DNA of 64,000 nt from Obrimoposthia wandeli (GCA_977020255.1 CDROCS010000084.1:1-64000), one strand, 5' to 3'; shown: positions 9,625 to 21,086, numbered from the stretch's first letter. Notes: a model not told the origin generated them from the sequence alone. Numbers and translations are program-made.

Positions 9625-11235
9625 GTGAAGTTGTTAAAATCCATTGGCAGTTACTTTCAAGTACATCTACAAAAGCCTTTCACTCAAGAAGTGTTGGGAA
9701 CGCTAGTCATTGGTGCCATTATGTATTGGCATGCACAAACTCAAAACCTCTTTGGTGAGATAGCACGTGTTTCAGGGATTCTAGATAAGTTCGAGTTAGA
9801 TGAAGTTTTTAGGCTGTTATTTATTGCTTCGTTAGGTTTTATTTTCATTATTTACCGGCGCACTAGCTATTTAAAGAAAGAGGTATTTCGTCGTAAAAAA
9901 GCAGAGATAGAAATAAAAAAAATAGCGTTTTATGATAGCTTAACTGGCTTAGCAAACCGCGACCTGTGTAAAGAAAAGCTAGAGCTAATGATTTCTACGG
10001 CTTGTGCCCAAGATTCTAAAATAGTATTACTCTTTATTGATATTGATAACTTCAAAGGGATTAATGATTCTTTTGGCCATTCATATGGTGATGAGTTATT
10101 AAGACAAGTCGCTGCTCGCATATCTCTTGAATTAAGAGAGGAGGATGTGTTTTCTCGCATATCGGGTGATGAGTTTGTGATTGTCGTTGATAAGTATAAA
10201 AACAGAGAATCTATTAGTGTGCTTTCTGAGCGATTGTTAAAAAGTGTAGCAAAGTCTTTTAGTTTAAACGATCAAAGTGCTTATGTAAGTTTAAGCATAG
10301 GGGTTTCTGAGTATCCTACTGATGGAAGTGATGCAGAAGAATTGTTAAAGCAGGCTGATACTGCCATGTATCAAGCTAAAAACGAGGGTAAAAATACTTA
10401 CAAATTCTTTTCATGCGCTATTCGAAAGCAATCTGAAAGAAGGTCACGCGTGCGCCTAAACTTACGACAAGCATTGTTAAATAGAGAACTCAGTGTTGTA
10501 TATCAACCCGTTGTCGATGTTCAAACAAGTAAGATAAAAGGCGCAGAAGCTTTAGTGCGTTGGAACAATGCAGAACTCGGGGTTGTTTCCCCAGATGAAT
10601 TTATCCCAATAGCTGAAGAAATAGGCATGATTGGGGCTATAGATGACTGGGTTTTAAACAACGCTTGCAGGCAAAACAAGCAATGGCAACGAGAGGGCTC
10701 GGACTGTATTGTCATGTCGGTAAACATCTCTGCAAGCCATTTAAACTCCAATAGGATCGTTGATTCTGTGACTCGATCTTTAATTTCAAGTGAATTGCAC
10801 CCTAACTATTTAGAACTAGAAGTGACAGAAACATCAATGATGAAAGATGTCGATGTGGCGATAAAATGTTTAGAACAGCTGAAAAGTATTGGAATATCAC
10901 TGGCATTGGATGATTTTGGCACCGGCTATTCATCGATAAACTATCTAAGGCGATTTAAATTAGATCGACTGAAAATTGACCAGAGCTTCATCAAGAACAT
11001 CCCATCAAGTGAAGAAGATATGCTAACGACGAGTACCATTATTACATTGGCTAATAATTTAAACCTAGCAATAACCGCAGAAGGTATTGAGACGATAGAG
11101 CAGCTCGATTTCATCAAAAGCACTGTGTGTGATTCAATTCAAGGGTATTATTTCAGTAAGCCGGTTAGTGCAAATGAGTTTAAAGTGCTGCTATCTACTT
11201 CTCATATGCAAGAGAGCCAAGCGGTAGCTCGATAG
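9625..11235 (+). CDS. Membrane-anchored GGDEF-EAL protein
   Basis: 2 TM helices, FYDSLTGLAN, SGDEF, EAL, DDFGTGYSS, QGYYFSKP. Confidence 0.93.
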   Translation: MKLLKSIGSYFQVHLQKPFTQEVLGTLVIGAIMYWHAQTQNLFGEIARVSGILDKFELDEVFRLLFIASLGFIFIIYRRTSYLKKEVFRRKKAEIEIKKIAFYDSLTGLANRDLCKEKLELMISTACAQDSKIVLLFIDIDNFKGINDSFGHSYGDELLRQVAARISLELREEDVFSRISGDEFVIVVDKYKNRESISVLSERLLKSVAKSFSLNDQSAYVSLSIGVSEYPTDGSDAEELLKQADTAMYQAKNEGKNTYKFFSCAIRKQSERRSRVRLNLRQALLNRELSVVYQPVVDVQTSKIKGAEALVRWNNAELGVVSPDEFIPIAEEIGMIGAIDDWVLNNACRQNKQWQREGSDCIVMSVNISASHLNSNRIVDSVTRSLISSELHPNYLELEVTETSMMKDVDVAIKCLEQLKSIGISLALDDFGTGYSSINYLRRFKLDRLKIDQSFIKNIPSSEEDMLTTSTIITLANNLNLAITAEGIETIEQLDFIKSTVCDSIQGYYFSKPVSANEFKVLLSTSHMQESQAVAR

Positions 11236-11715
11236 TGGTTATTGGATTTATCTGTTTATACGTAATACTTCAATTCATAAGCAAATAGTGAGGCTCGGCA
11301 TCGACGCTTCGATGCGGTTTATCACTGTAACGAACAATGCATCATTGTTGAATTAAGCGCTAATGATATTGCTATCAGCGTTTTGTATAACATCCCCTTA
11401 AAAAACCAGTGCTGACAAATAGCTTATAGGGAAGTTAATGAGCTGTGCGGCCGATGAATATAATCTTTTGGATCTCAGGCCTGCATAGTAATGAATAAAT
11501 CAGAGATCCAAGCGCAGGGGAAACCAAAGTGTCGCAGTGTATGGAGCGAAGAAACATATAGAGAAGAAATTTTTCATTAGAAGGAGGGTTACTATAGATA
11601 AAATAGAGCAAAAAATATCAGATGTTGTCTCATTTTAAAAATCTGTTAGTAGTCAATATTAATATTCCTTAAACAAGGTTATAGTCCATTCTAAAATCTA
11701 TTTGCAAATATAAGA

Positions 11716-13761
11716 GTGATGCGGAGATCCTTTATGTTATTGGAAGCGTTCGAGAAAATTCCTAGTCCAGCACTACTTATCGACAAATTGGGAAAAATTG
11801 AGGCTTTCAGTGCGGCTTTTGCTCTATGGAGTAATTGCGATCTTAAAGTGGGTGCCAATATAGCCGATCAGCTAAGTGAAGATCTCTATCTGTGTTTGCA
11901 GGAACCGATACTTAAGGCGGGTAGAGGAGAGTATTCAGAGTTGACAGTTACTTTGTGTGATGAAAATAGTCCTAGGGCGAGGGTATGCGTTAACCCAACA
12001 CTCAATGGCTGTGTCATTTTAGCGAAAATTCCACTGGAAAATATGTTTTTCGAGAGCGATCAGCATAAACTACAAGACATGCTGCGCGTGACCTTTGATG
12101 CTATAGACCAAGGAATTTCAATTTACGATGAACAATTACGCTTAGTGACCTGGAATTCGAAATTCGAAACCATGGGCATAAACCCTGCAGGGCCTATTCG
12201 CGAAGGAGCAAATTTAAAAGATCACTATCTGGAGTTAGCGCACAAAGGTGTACTTGGCCCTGGAGATCCCAATATCTTGGCACAAGAGTACGTTGATATT
12301 ATTCTCACTCGCAAAATGAAACTGCAAGAGGATCTAAACGGATCGGATGGTCGTATCATCCAAATCAATCGCTATTACCTCTCAGGTGGTGGCTTGTGCG
12401 CTGTTTTCACCGATGTTACTGAGCAGCGTAAATCACAGGCTGAATTGGTGCAGCGAGCTAATCATGATTTCTTAACGGGCTGCCTTAACCGCCAATTCGT
12501 GGCCAAAGCGCTGGATCAGTTACTGGCAGATATGAATGGCAAAATTGAGACACAACTATCTTTCTTTTTTATTGATCTTGATCGATTCAAATTCGTCAAT
12601 GATACTTTTGGGCATGCCATTGGCGATCAGTTGCTTCAACAATGCGCTAAGCGATTAGAGTCTTTGGTCACAGAAGGTGATTTCTTGGCGCGCTTAGGTG
12701 GCGATGAATTTTTAATCGTGCTCAATAATGAGCGACAAGACTTGTGTGTCACCCAGTATGCGCAGCAATTACTGGAAACAGTGTGCCGAGTTTATGAAAT
12801 TGACAACAATCGAATTCATATGTCTTCCAGTATTGGTGTATCTCGCTATCCACAAGACCGAGGAGACGCGGTTGAGCTGATCGCTAAGGCAGATATTGCG
12901 ATGTATCAGTCAAAGCTAAAAGGGCGTAATACTTATCACTTATACAATAATGAGTTAGGTGAAAAGATTAAACGGAGAACTTTAGTTGCGAATCAGCTGA
13001 CTGAAGACGTCGCAAGTCAACGAGGTTTTTACTTGCACTATCAACCCATTCTAAAATTAGCCACCAATACCTTGGTATCATTTGAAGCTTTACTACGTTG
13101 GAATAATGCACAATTGGGTCAAGTTTCCCCTGAAGAGTTTATTCCAGTCGCCGAAGATACTGGGGATATTATGTTGCTCGGTGAGTTTGTGATTGAGCAA
13201 GCTTGTCAGTTTCTAGCACAAATATCGCAACACAACAGTGAAGTGATGATGGGAATAAATGTCTCTTCCTTGCAGTTGTTAAACCCCAGTTTTCATCAGA
13301 TTTTAGCTCGTTATATTCAACGCTATGCGGTGAATGCCAAGTTTCTTGTTATAGAAGTGACAGAGTCAGCGATTATCGATGATCTCAGTGAGGTCTACGA
13401 TAATTTAGTGCAGATTCGTGCTTTAGGCTGTGGCCTTGCAATCGACGATTTTGGCACCGGCTATTCGTCACTTTCCTATATCAGAAAGTACCCTTTTAGC
13501 CATATTAAGATTGATGGCTGTTTTATCAAAGACCTACAATCAAATCCTCAGAATGCATCGCTGGTCAAAGCGGTAATCGACATCGCCAGTGCTTTCGAGT
13601 TAAAAGTGGTGGCCGAGGGGATTGAAACAGCGCAGGAAAATCAATTTTTAAAAGAGATTGGCTGCACTTATGCTCAGGGATACTTCCACAGTAGGCCAAT
13701 GAATGAGGCGCAAGCGTTGGAATTAACGACAAGGCCTATTCAGTCCAGTGAGGTTCAATAA
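11716..13761 (+). CDS. PAS-GGDEF-EAL protein
   Basis: DAIDQGISIYD PAS, GGDEF, FEALLRW, DDFGTGYSS. Confidence 0.93.
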   Translation: MMRRSFMLLEAFEKIPSPALLIDKLGKIEAFSAAFALWSNCDLKVGANIADQLSEDLYLCLQEPILKAGRGEYSELTVTLCDENSPRARVCVNPTLNGCVILAKIPLENMFFESDQHKLQDMLRVTFDAIDQGISIYDEQLRLVTWNSKFETMGINPAGPIREGANLKDHYLELAHKGVLGPGDPNILAQEYVDIILTRKMKLQEDLNGSDGRIIQINRYYLSGGGLCAVFTDVTEQRKSQAELVQRANHDFLTGCLNRQFVAKALDQLLADMNGKIETQLSFFFIDLDRFKFVNDTFGHAIGDQLLQQCAKRLESLVTEGDFLARLGGDEFLIVLNNERQDLCVTQYAQQLLETVCRVYEIDNNRIHMSSSIGVSRYPQDRGDAVELIAKADIAMYQSKLKGRNTYHLYNNELGEKIKRRTLVANQLTEDVASQRGFYLHYQPILKLATNTLVSFEALLRWNNAQLGQVSPEEFIPVAEDTGDIMLLGEFVIEQACQFLAQISQHNSEVMMGINVSSLQLLNPSFHQILARYIQRYAVNAKFLVIEVTESAIIDDLSEVYDNLVQIRALGCGLAIDDFGTGYSSLSYIRKYPFSHIKIDGCFIKDLQSNPQNASLVKAVIDIASAFELKVVAEGIETAQENQFLKEIGCTYAQGYFHSRPMNEAQALELTTRPIQSSEVQ

Positions 13762-14007
13762 ATGACAAAATTAAAGAGCATCATCAAGCAAAATACTCAC
13801 AACTTGTGGTGATTAAAGCAGGGGACTTTGCTTCTATTTAATTACCCGTAACCCCACTGTAAGAGCTTAGTAGACCTTACCCATAGGACAGGATAACTGC
13901 GTTTTTCTCAGACCGCCTTGTCCTAAAATACTCGATTGTTTGCAGAGATTTTAAAGTCAAAGGTTGCTGCCTATAAATCTGTTAATGCTGTATTTAAAAT
14001 CAAGTAA

Positions 14008-15021
14008 TCACCCAGCCAGCAAACGATAACTGTTCAATCGCGCAGTAAAATCATGGGTTACTGTCACTATCGCAACTTCATTGGTATTGAAGCTCTTGGC
14101 TAGCTCTTCTATTTCAGTTCTACAGCGCTCAGGCGTGCCTACTGTATAGCCTTTTAAAAGATGGGCATAGTGAGCTTCGTCTGAAATTGAAAAATGTTTA
14201 CGCTTATTTTGCACTTCCTCTGGTGCTAATAATGCATCTTGAGAGCCGCTCAGTCTCGTCATCTTTCTATAGATGGCAGTGCCCGCTAACAACTGCGCTT
14301 CCTCTCGTGTTTGCGCGCAAAAGCTACCAAGGGCTAGCATACGATTTGGTTTGCCGCTGTGTCCTGCCTCATGCCAAGCTTGGTCGTATGCGTCGAAAAT
14401 ATCAGGCGTGCAATGATCTGGAGAAATGAAGCGCGCTAAAGCTAAGTGCATTCCAACTTGGCCTGCCAATTGAGCGCTGTTAGCGCTAGAACCTAGCATC
14501 CACATTTGAGGGCTAGATTTTAATTGCGGGGTAATATGCAAATCTTTCCACGGGTGATCGCTAGGTATATCTTGCTCCAATAATGCCTTTAATGTAGCTG
14601 CTTGTGCAGGATAATTGCTGGCATTTAGTGGCTGGCTTGGCCATGCTAAAGCCGATGAAGCCATCGCATCGCCACCAGGTGCGCGACCTATGCCCAAATC
14701 AATACGCTCGGGAAATAGTGCATTTAACATGTTAAATACTTCAGCGACTTTATACGGACTGTAGTGGCTGAGCATTACTCCGCCACTACCAATCCGCATG
14801 TTTTTAGTCACACTTGCGATACTGGCAATCAGGATCTCTGGGCTTGGGCCTGCAAAGTGTGGGCTGTTGTGATGCTCAGCTACCCAATAGCGGCTATAGC
14901 CTAGTGTGTCACAAGTTTTCGCTAATTCCATCGACATTAATGCAGCATTGGCTAATTGTGGCGCGTTTTCTTGAGGGTGAACGGGGCTTTGATCAAGTAC
15001 GGTTAAGTTAATATTAGACAT
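14008..15021 (-). CDS. LLM-class flavin-dependent oxidoreductase (luciferase-like)
   Basis: LTVLDQSP, RYWVAEHHN, RIGSGGVML, RIDLGIGRAPG. Confidence 0.92.
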   Translation of the reverse strand: MSNINLTVLDQSPVHPQENAPQLANAALMSMELAKTCDTLGYSRYWVAEHHNSPHFAGPSPEILIASIASVTKNMRIGSGGVMLSHYSPYKVAEVFNMLNALFPERIDLGIGRAPGGDAMASSALAWPSQPLNASNYPAQAATLKALLEQDIPSDHPWKDLHITPQLKSSPQMWMLGSSANSAQLAGQVGMHLALARFISPDHCTPDIFDAYDQAWHEAGHSGKPNRMLALGSFCAQTREEAQLLAGTAIYRKMTRLSGSQDALLAPEEVQNKRKHFSISDEAHYAHLLKGYTVGTPERCRTEIEELAKSFNTNEVAIVTVTHDFTARLNSYRLLAG

Positions 15022-15448
15022 AGTATTCTTTTATTAGCAGGTTATTAATATGACGAGACCTTGTGATAAGAATGATGGCAAACTCGACAGCACTTGCTAT
15101 ATTCTGCCCTTTAGCTCTTTACACCACAACCTTTAAATATTAATTATAAAAGAGAGAGTAGATGAGGGTGTTTCTACTTTATATGTTATTAATAACCATA
15201 TAGTTAACGTCGGTGCTTGATTGAAGTTAGCCCAGGAAGTTAATGCACATTACATCCCTTTGAAGTGGCTAGAATTGAGTTTTTTGTATTAAGATTAATA
15301 CTGCCTAAAAATATTTATGGTTGTATTGATCAGCTATCAATTAGCTAGTTTAAAATAACGAAGGAGCTTGGTTTTGACTGCTATGAAAAAGATGTATGTA
15401 TGTGAAGCCAATCGGTTATCAGTGTCTACCGCAAAAGTTAGGGACGAG

Positions 15449-15670
15449 TTAAGGCACAAACTCTAATTCTATATCGGTGCAGCCTTTCGCACAGTAAATC
15501 CCCGTTTTGGTCGCTTTTTTTCCTTTAATTGGCGTGGTTAATTGCAGTGGTTTTTGACATTGCTCGCATAACACAGTAGCGCCTTTGGCAATATTCTTAA
15601 TCATATTACGTTGTGCTTTGAAAGAAAGCTGGGTGTGTTTATTAATTGCTGAAAAGTCGAGTTTAGTCAT
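15449..15670 (-). CDS. Small hypothetical protein with Cys pairs (possible Zn ribbon)
   Basis: CEQC...CAKGC, 73 aa. Confidence 0.7.
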   Translation of the reverse strand: MTKLDFSAINKHTQLSFKAQRNMIKNIAKGATVLCEQCQKPLQLTTPIKGKKATKTGIYCAKGCTDIELEFVP

Positions 15671-15934
15671 ATTTAAGATATTATTTTCATTAAGAGTGGA
15701 GTGATGGATTATTGCATATGAAGTTGGGATAGTGAGTAATTTTTCTAAAAATAGTGACTTATGATTTTAAAAAGCGGTTTTAAGGTAATAATTGCTATAT
15801 TTTTGGTTGAGTGGAGTAATAAGTGATTAGGGCGATAAGCAAGAAGCTATTCATACTCAGCTTTTGTCGTAAATCATTTTCCTTTTAGATTGTAACCTCC
15901 TTAATTTGAATTGTTAAAACGCAGCAAAGCATGG

Positions 15935-16048
15935 CTTTTTTAATTTTGAAAGCTTATTTTTATTTGTTTATTGCAGCTAAGTTCAATAATATCTAAGGCG
16001 ATACACACGGCTTTCGTTAATTTGGGTGTTAGCTTATTATTGCTCGCT
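15935..16048 (+). repeat. Intergenic repeat family C copy 1
   Basis: TTTTGAAAG...TTTATTGC(A/T)GCTAAGTTCAATAAT...TTCGTTA...GGTGTTA...ATTATTGCTCG shared with 19291-19405. Confidence 0.7.
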
Positions 16049-16109
16049 ATGAGTTTTTAAGTGTGCCTTGCAAAGCCGCCTGATGCAGAAAACTGAAATA
16101 CTTAGAAAT

Positions 16110-16520
16110 TTAGCTGAACAGGCATGGCTGTTCATCGTTCTAGACATATAGCTAAAGGTGTATCTGCAGATTGATACCAACAAATACTGTAAGAGATAAC
16201 TGAGTATAGGTAATCAAAGGGCCTTTACGATGGTATTACAGCGAGGACCTTTTGAAATAATGATTGTCAAGAAACTGCTACCAGTTAGCAAAATGGCGGT
16301 TAACCGTAGTATTAATAGTTTAGATATTATGCTGATTGGACCAATTAGTGGTGGTAAGCGATACTTCTTGAACATTTGGTAGACAGCACCGCCACGAAGT
16401 GGAGAAACACCGCAATTTAGCGCTATAATCACCATAGAACCATCACGGCTATAGGTGCAACGGGCGTTAAATTAACTGCGGCTATAGTGGAGAAGTTTAT
16501 ACAAACTAATTTACTTTAAG
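16110..16520 (+). pseudogene. Possible decayed SAM-methyltransferase (Pcm-like) remnant
   Basis: Cross-frame reading IGPISGG-AILLEHLV-EVEKHRNLAL-TITAIGATGVKL resembles class I MTase motifs; many stops. Confidence 0.25.
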
Positions 16521-16685
16521 TCCTGATTCTTTTTGGCAAGCTTTAGCGATTGCCATAGTTGCTTCTCTTATTTTTACTTGAATAGAATTAATCCACTACA
16601 AATAAAGATAGCATAGTGGCATGCTAATTTGTGTGTCGAAAAAAGCAGTAATAACATCACTAAATAATGGATATGAACGATTTAT

Positions 16686-17093
16686 ATGAAAATGATATCG
16701 CAGTTTACAGTAGATAACGTCAAGCAAGTACACCAGCTATTTAAACAAGAGTGGTGGTGTAAAGATCGTACTCTACAAGAGACCGAGCACTGTATTAATG
16801 GCTCTCAAGTCTGTATAGGATTAATTGATGATGAGGGTAACCTCATTGCGTTCGCGCGTATCATTAGTGATTTTATATATAAAGCGCTGATTTTTGATGT
16901 AATAGTATGCTCTAGCCATCGAGGTAATGGTTTAGGTAAAAAGCTGATGAAGCATATTGAAAATCATGAGCAATTAAAACACGTAAAACATTTTGAATTG
17001 TATTGCTTACCAGAAATGGAAGAGTTTTATGCTAGTTTTGGTTTTTCTTCAAAAGTAGCGGGTATTAAATTGATGAGACGCACTAATATCTAA
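16686..17093 (+). CDS. GNAT family N-acetyltransferase
   Basis: DVIVCSSHRGNGLGKKLM motif A. Confidence 0.9.
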   Translation: MKMISQFTVDNVKQVHQLFKQEWWCKDRTLQETEHCINGSQVCIGLIDDEGNLIAFARIISDFIYKALIFDVIVCSSHRGNGLGKKLMKHIENHEQLKHVKHFELYCLPEMEEFYASFGFSSKVAGIKLMRRTNI

Positions 17094-17393
17094 GGAAGTT
17101 GAGATTAGGTATCTCTTAGAATGCAACTCTGGCGACTAAGACAAGGAAGCAAGTTAGCTGACCTTAGCGCGTATTATTGCAAGATGGTGAAACTGACTAA
17201 TTGGGTTATATTGGTGATAAAAATAAGAGTCTAATATCTAGTGCAACTTGTAGCTGTGCATTATCTAGATTAATGATTGAACTGCTTGCTGTGTTACTGT
17301 TTCCTACTGAATTTTTAAACTAAGTGAAGGAAAAGTATAAAGTTTGTTATCTAATGGTCGATACTACACTTATTACTTTTCCTTGGGTTAATT

Positions 17394-19250
17394 ATGAAAA
17401 TTTCATCGCATGTAAATTTTATTCAGCAGCAGTCTAATCTTGATAGTGCCCATTCATTGAAGTCGCAACGTCTAAGTTCAGTAATGAAGGCTGATTCTGG
17501 TGTTGCTGAAAATCCGCTCGAATCAAGCCAAGCGCAGCACAGTAAGTTGTTCAGTTCTAACAGCACAAGTGCAGCAGACAAACCTTCCCAGAGTAACCCT
17601 AAAGAAGGTAGGCCAACCAGTATCGAAGGCAAGAACATAATTCTGATCTTAGATGACTCGCTAAAATCAGAGCGTATGCTCAATGTCTACGATCGTTTAT
17701 CTAGTGTCGATCAGGAAAATATAGTTGATACTAATTTAATTAACGATGAAGATTTTCTAAACTTGGCGGAGCAATTAAGTGATGATGAGCTAGCAGATTT
17801 TATGGGTGTCGCTAAAGCACTTCAAAAAGCCCCGGCATTAGATGCTATTAATAGTACATTTATTTCTAGTCAGACTCTCAATACCTTTACCCAAAACCTA
17901 CTAGAATTAAAGCCTGCCGATCGAGAAGAGGTACTACAACAAGGGAAAATTCACGCAGCCAAAGTACCTTCCACTGAGTCAGGCGAGACATACAACCGAC
18001 AAGCATTACAAAGCAGCAATTCTTTCAGCGCAGCTAACGATATACGCAATTTTGTGCTAGCGGTTAATAGCAGCGAAAATGTACCAGATATGCTGGATAA
18101 TTTGCAGAAATTTAGTGCCGATCAACAATCCGACTTGCTGGCAATTCTCCCTAATGAAGTGTTTTCCAATCGTGTAATGGAGCGGTTGGATGACATACCA
18201 GAAGATTTAGTCGGCAGCGCGCTAAGTTTCTTTGCAGACACGCTACAAAAAGTAGATAGTTTCAGCCCAATCATGGCAGAAGATATAAAAGGTGTGAGTG
18301 CAGAATTAGGTTTTGACAATAATACCCAGCAAACTCGATTTGACATGTTAGATAAAGCTTTAAGTTTAATAGAAAACTATGACTTTGACGAGCAGCAGTT
18401 GGATGATATGTTCTCTTCATTGGGAAGCTTAGATATCACTAATCAAAGAGCTTACTTAGAAATTACAGATAGTGGTCTAGATCTTTTAACGGGCGGTAAT
18501 CAGTCATCTGAGAAAATTGACTTACGAGACGAAGCGTTGGTGATTAAAGCTATTGATGAGGTTAGAGATAGTTATTCCGCCAGAGATCTCGTTGCTAAAG
18601 CCCGTATGGGGGATCTTGACACAAGTGGCACCGGCTCAAAATTTTATGAAATAAAGGATAAATTTGCAGCGACACAAGACCAAAAGAGCAGCATTGATTT
18701 ACTAGTCGGTAATGCCTTTAGCCAGTTAGAATATGCCAGTACTACCGATGTTGCCTATAAGAGTAGTACCGAAAATCTTGCACAAAATTTACTGCAATTA
18801 GATGCTGATAAAAGAGATCAGTTAAGCGGGCAGGTTAGCGCCAAACTCAACGGGCAAGGTCCTCTAGATCAAATCGAAAAAGAACAGATTTCAGAGCAAC
18901 TTGGCGTATTTAGTGAACAGGCGAACGCACTAGCCAGCACTAAAGATATCGAATCACTGCTGTTGGCAGAGCAAAAAGTTGAACAACAGACAGAAAACCA
19001 GAGCAATGATGATTTCTGGCGCGCTGCAGATGCGGCTGCTGAAAATGTCGATCAATTCGCTGAGCTATTACTCGAAAGCGAGCCTAAGGTGCAGCGCCAA
19101 ATAGTTAGCTTTTTAGTAGACAATCACCCGGCACAAACTTCAAATGATGAAGCTAAGGCTGCGCAAAACATTGATTCACTGTTTACCGTTTTTGAAAGTG
19201 GCGAAGATGCGCGGCAAATTGATAGTTTTTTTGCGCGCGAAGGTTATTAA
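17394..19250 (+). CDS. Hypothetical acidic helical protein, 618 aa
   Basis: Long intact ORF, S/Q-rich low-complexity N-terminus, D/E-rich body, no recognised motif. Confidence 0.85.
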   Translation: MKISSHVNFIQQQSNLDSAHSLKSQRLSSVMKADSGVAENPLESSQAQHSKLFSSNSTSAADKPSQSNPKEGRPTSIEGKNIILILDDSLKSERMLNVYDRLSSVDQENIVDTNLINDEDFLNLAEQLSDDELADFMGVAKALQKAPALDAINSTFISSQTLNTFTQNLLELKPADREEVLQQGKIHAAKVPSTESGETYNRQALQSSNSFSAANDIRNFVLAVNSSENVPDMLDNLQKFSADQQSDLLAILPNEVFSNRVMERLDDIPEDLVGSALSFFADTLQKVDSFSPIMAEDIKGVSAELGFDNNTQQTRFDMLDKALSLIENYDFDEQQLDDMFSSLGSLDITNQRAYLEITDSGLDLLTGGNQSSEKIDLRDEALVIKAIDEVRDSYSARDLVAKARMGDLDTSGTGSKFYEIKDKFAATQDQKSSIDLLVGNAFSQLEYASTTDVAYKSSTENLAQNLLQLDADKRDQLSGQVSAKLNGQGPLDQIEKEQISEQLGVFSEQANALASTKDIESLLLAEQKVEQQTENQSNDDFWRAADAAAENVDQFAELLLESEPKVQRQIVSFLVDNHPAQTSNDEAKAAQNIDSLFTVFESGEDARQIDSFFAREGY

Positions 19251-19290
19251 ATAACAACGGGTACAATCTTTACTTTGCAACCAAGTAAGG

Positions 19291-19405
19291 CGCTTTTGAT
19301 TTTGAAAGTCTATTTCTATGTATTTATTGCTGCTAAGTTCAATAATACCCAAAGCGGGGCATACTGGTTTCGTTATTTAAGGTGTTAACTGATTATTGCT
19401 CGTTA
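19291..19405 (+). repeat. Intergenic repeat family C copy 2
   Basis: Colinear with 15935-16048. Confidence 0.7.
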
Positions 19406-19466
19406 CGCTCTACAGAAGTCTCACTTTAGAAACCGGATCTTAGATGTATTATAAAATAATGCAGAT

Positions 19467-20747
19467 TTAACCGGTGAGCTTATTGTATAGTACCCAGATT
19501 AAGATTAAGCAAGGAGCTGCAAACATCGCAATGGCTAAGCCAACGGAGAGGCTAGGCGCATTAGCCAGTATGCCGATGCCAAGTGGCGCAATTATGGCGG
19601 CTAATCTAGATCCCGCTGTCATGGCTCCCAACATAGCCCCGGGGCGTTGTTTGTCTTGGGCTGCAGCGTCATAAAGCGTTGGGAAAAGCACAGCGATGCC
19701 TAATCCTGCGATGACTAGCCCTAAGTAAGTGATAGTTATAGAACTGCCAATGCATGCTAAGGCGGCGCCCAACATGGCAGTGGTTATTGAACAGTGAAGT
19801 AACTTGCTCATACCTATTTTGGCTACCACCCAATCGCCTAACAACCTGCCGAATACCATCCCGCTACCAAAGCATACATAAGCAAGGCTTGCGAGTCCTT
19901 CGCTGGCTAATAAATCATCTTTTAATCTAAACGGCGACCAATCGCTTAATGCCATTTCAGGTATAAAGGCGCAGCCGCCTAATATTGCAAACAGCCATAG
20001 GCGGCGAGTTTTTGAGGTAGGTTGCTGGGTGCTTTGCTGTGTACTTAATGGCTGCTCATCATCATTTAAAAGTCCCTTGCCGACGTAAATTAAACAGATG
20101 AATATTAACAGTGATAAAGACGTTAGATGCCAAATTAAGGGAATGGCATAGGCTGCCATGATAGAGGCGATCAAACCGCCCGTAACCATGCCAATACTCC
20201 ATAAACCATGTAATCGATTCATGACAGGTTTATGGCGCCTAGCACTTAAATTAGAACCTTGCATATTAACCGCAATATCGACAGTAACGTCGACGAATAG
20301 TATTAACGCGAGCACTAAAGCCAGTGCAATACCACTAGATGCCAGCGCGATACACGGAAGCAATACAATAAAAGCAAAACAGCCGCTGATTAGCACGGTT
20401 TTCGTACTAAAATATTTTAAAAAGTAACTACATAACCAGCTACCCAGAAGACCGCCAATGCTTGCTGCTGTAATTAACTGGCCGATGGCTGATAAATCGA
20501 GGTTTAAGCTATCTCTTATTTCAGGTAAGCGCGGTATGTATGCGCCAGCAACTATGCCATTAATGACAAATTGAGCCGCCACTGCACGTAATGCTCTTTT
20601 ATCACGCTGAGTGCTTTGTTTTTGCATTAATTTTATCCAAATTATTTGCCATAAGCAGATAATGAGTGAAGAGGTAAAGGTAAAGGTAAATAGAAACTGA
20701 AAATAGCATGTATGTGTTTTTAATAGAACTAAATCGAGAACCGTCAT
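19467..20747 (-). CDS. MFS transporter (true start probably near MQKQSTQ)
   Basis: ~12 TM; PRLPEIRDSLNL, GRLLGDWVVAKIG. Confidence 0.9.
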   Translation of the reverse strand: MTVLDLVLLKTHTCYFQFLFTFTFTSSLIICLWQIIWIKLMQKQSTQRDKRALRAVAAQFVINGIVAGAYIPRLPEIRDSLNLDLSAIGQLITAASIGGLLGSWLCSYFLKYFSTKTVLISGCFAFIVLLPCIALASSGIALALVLALILFVDVTVDIAVNMQGSNLSARRHKPVMNRLHGLWSIGMVTGGLIASIMAAYAIPLIWHLTSLSLLIFICLIYVGKGLLNDDEQPLSTQQSTQQPTSKTRRLWLFAILGGCAFIPEMALSDWSPFRLKDDLLASEGLASLAYVCFGSGMVFGRLLGDWVVAKIGMSKLLHCSITTAMLGAALACIGSSITITYLGLVIAGLGIAVLFPTLYDAAAQDKQRPGAMLGAMTAGSRLAAIIAPLGIGILANAPSLSVGLAIAMFAAPCLILIWVLYNKLTG

Positions 20748-20876
20748 TGTGCAAATTTATAAAACACACATATTTAATTAGTACAAAGCATTGTTTATCT
20801 ATAAAATTTTTTAAAGAAGATCTGAAACCACCGTTTCCTCGCAGCTTACACCTTACACCTTACACCTCTGCCCGCG

Positions 20877-21050
20877 GCTGCGTTGCAAATAAGTTCCTAT
20901 CGTTATAATGGTTGAAATTGTAACGACCGTTGCCTGCGAAACTATTCAAATAGAGTCACTTCCAATATGACATGATTATTTGGGCTGCACGCTGATACGG
21001 CAGAGATGTCATTAGCTATCGGGAACTCGAAGAAATGCTCAAGGAGCGAG
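20877..21050 (+). mobile_element. IS6-family remnant (left IR + transposase N-terminus)
   Basis: GGCTGCGTTGCAAAT resembles IS26-type IR; decayed FK-SHFQYDMIIWAAR-YGR-VISYRELEEMLKER. Confidence 0.75.
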
Positions 21051-21086
21051 CACCAAATGTAGCTAACACTTTTTTAATTTTAGCCA

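Noticed and set aside
13860-13930. Riboswitch downstream of the GGDEF-EAL gene
   Set aside because: No c-di-GMP-I/II consensus; looks like a short IR (AGGACAGG/CTTGTCCT) with a MITE-end fragment.
20848-20868. ACACCTT x3 tandem repeat
   Set aside because: Short intergenic microsatellite with no functional context.
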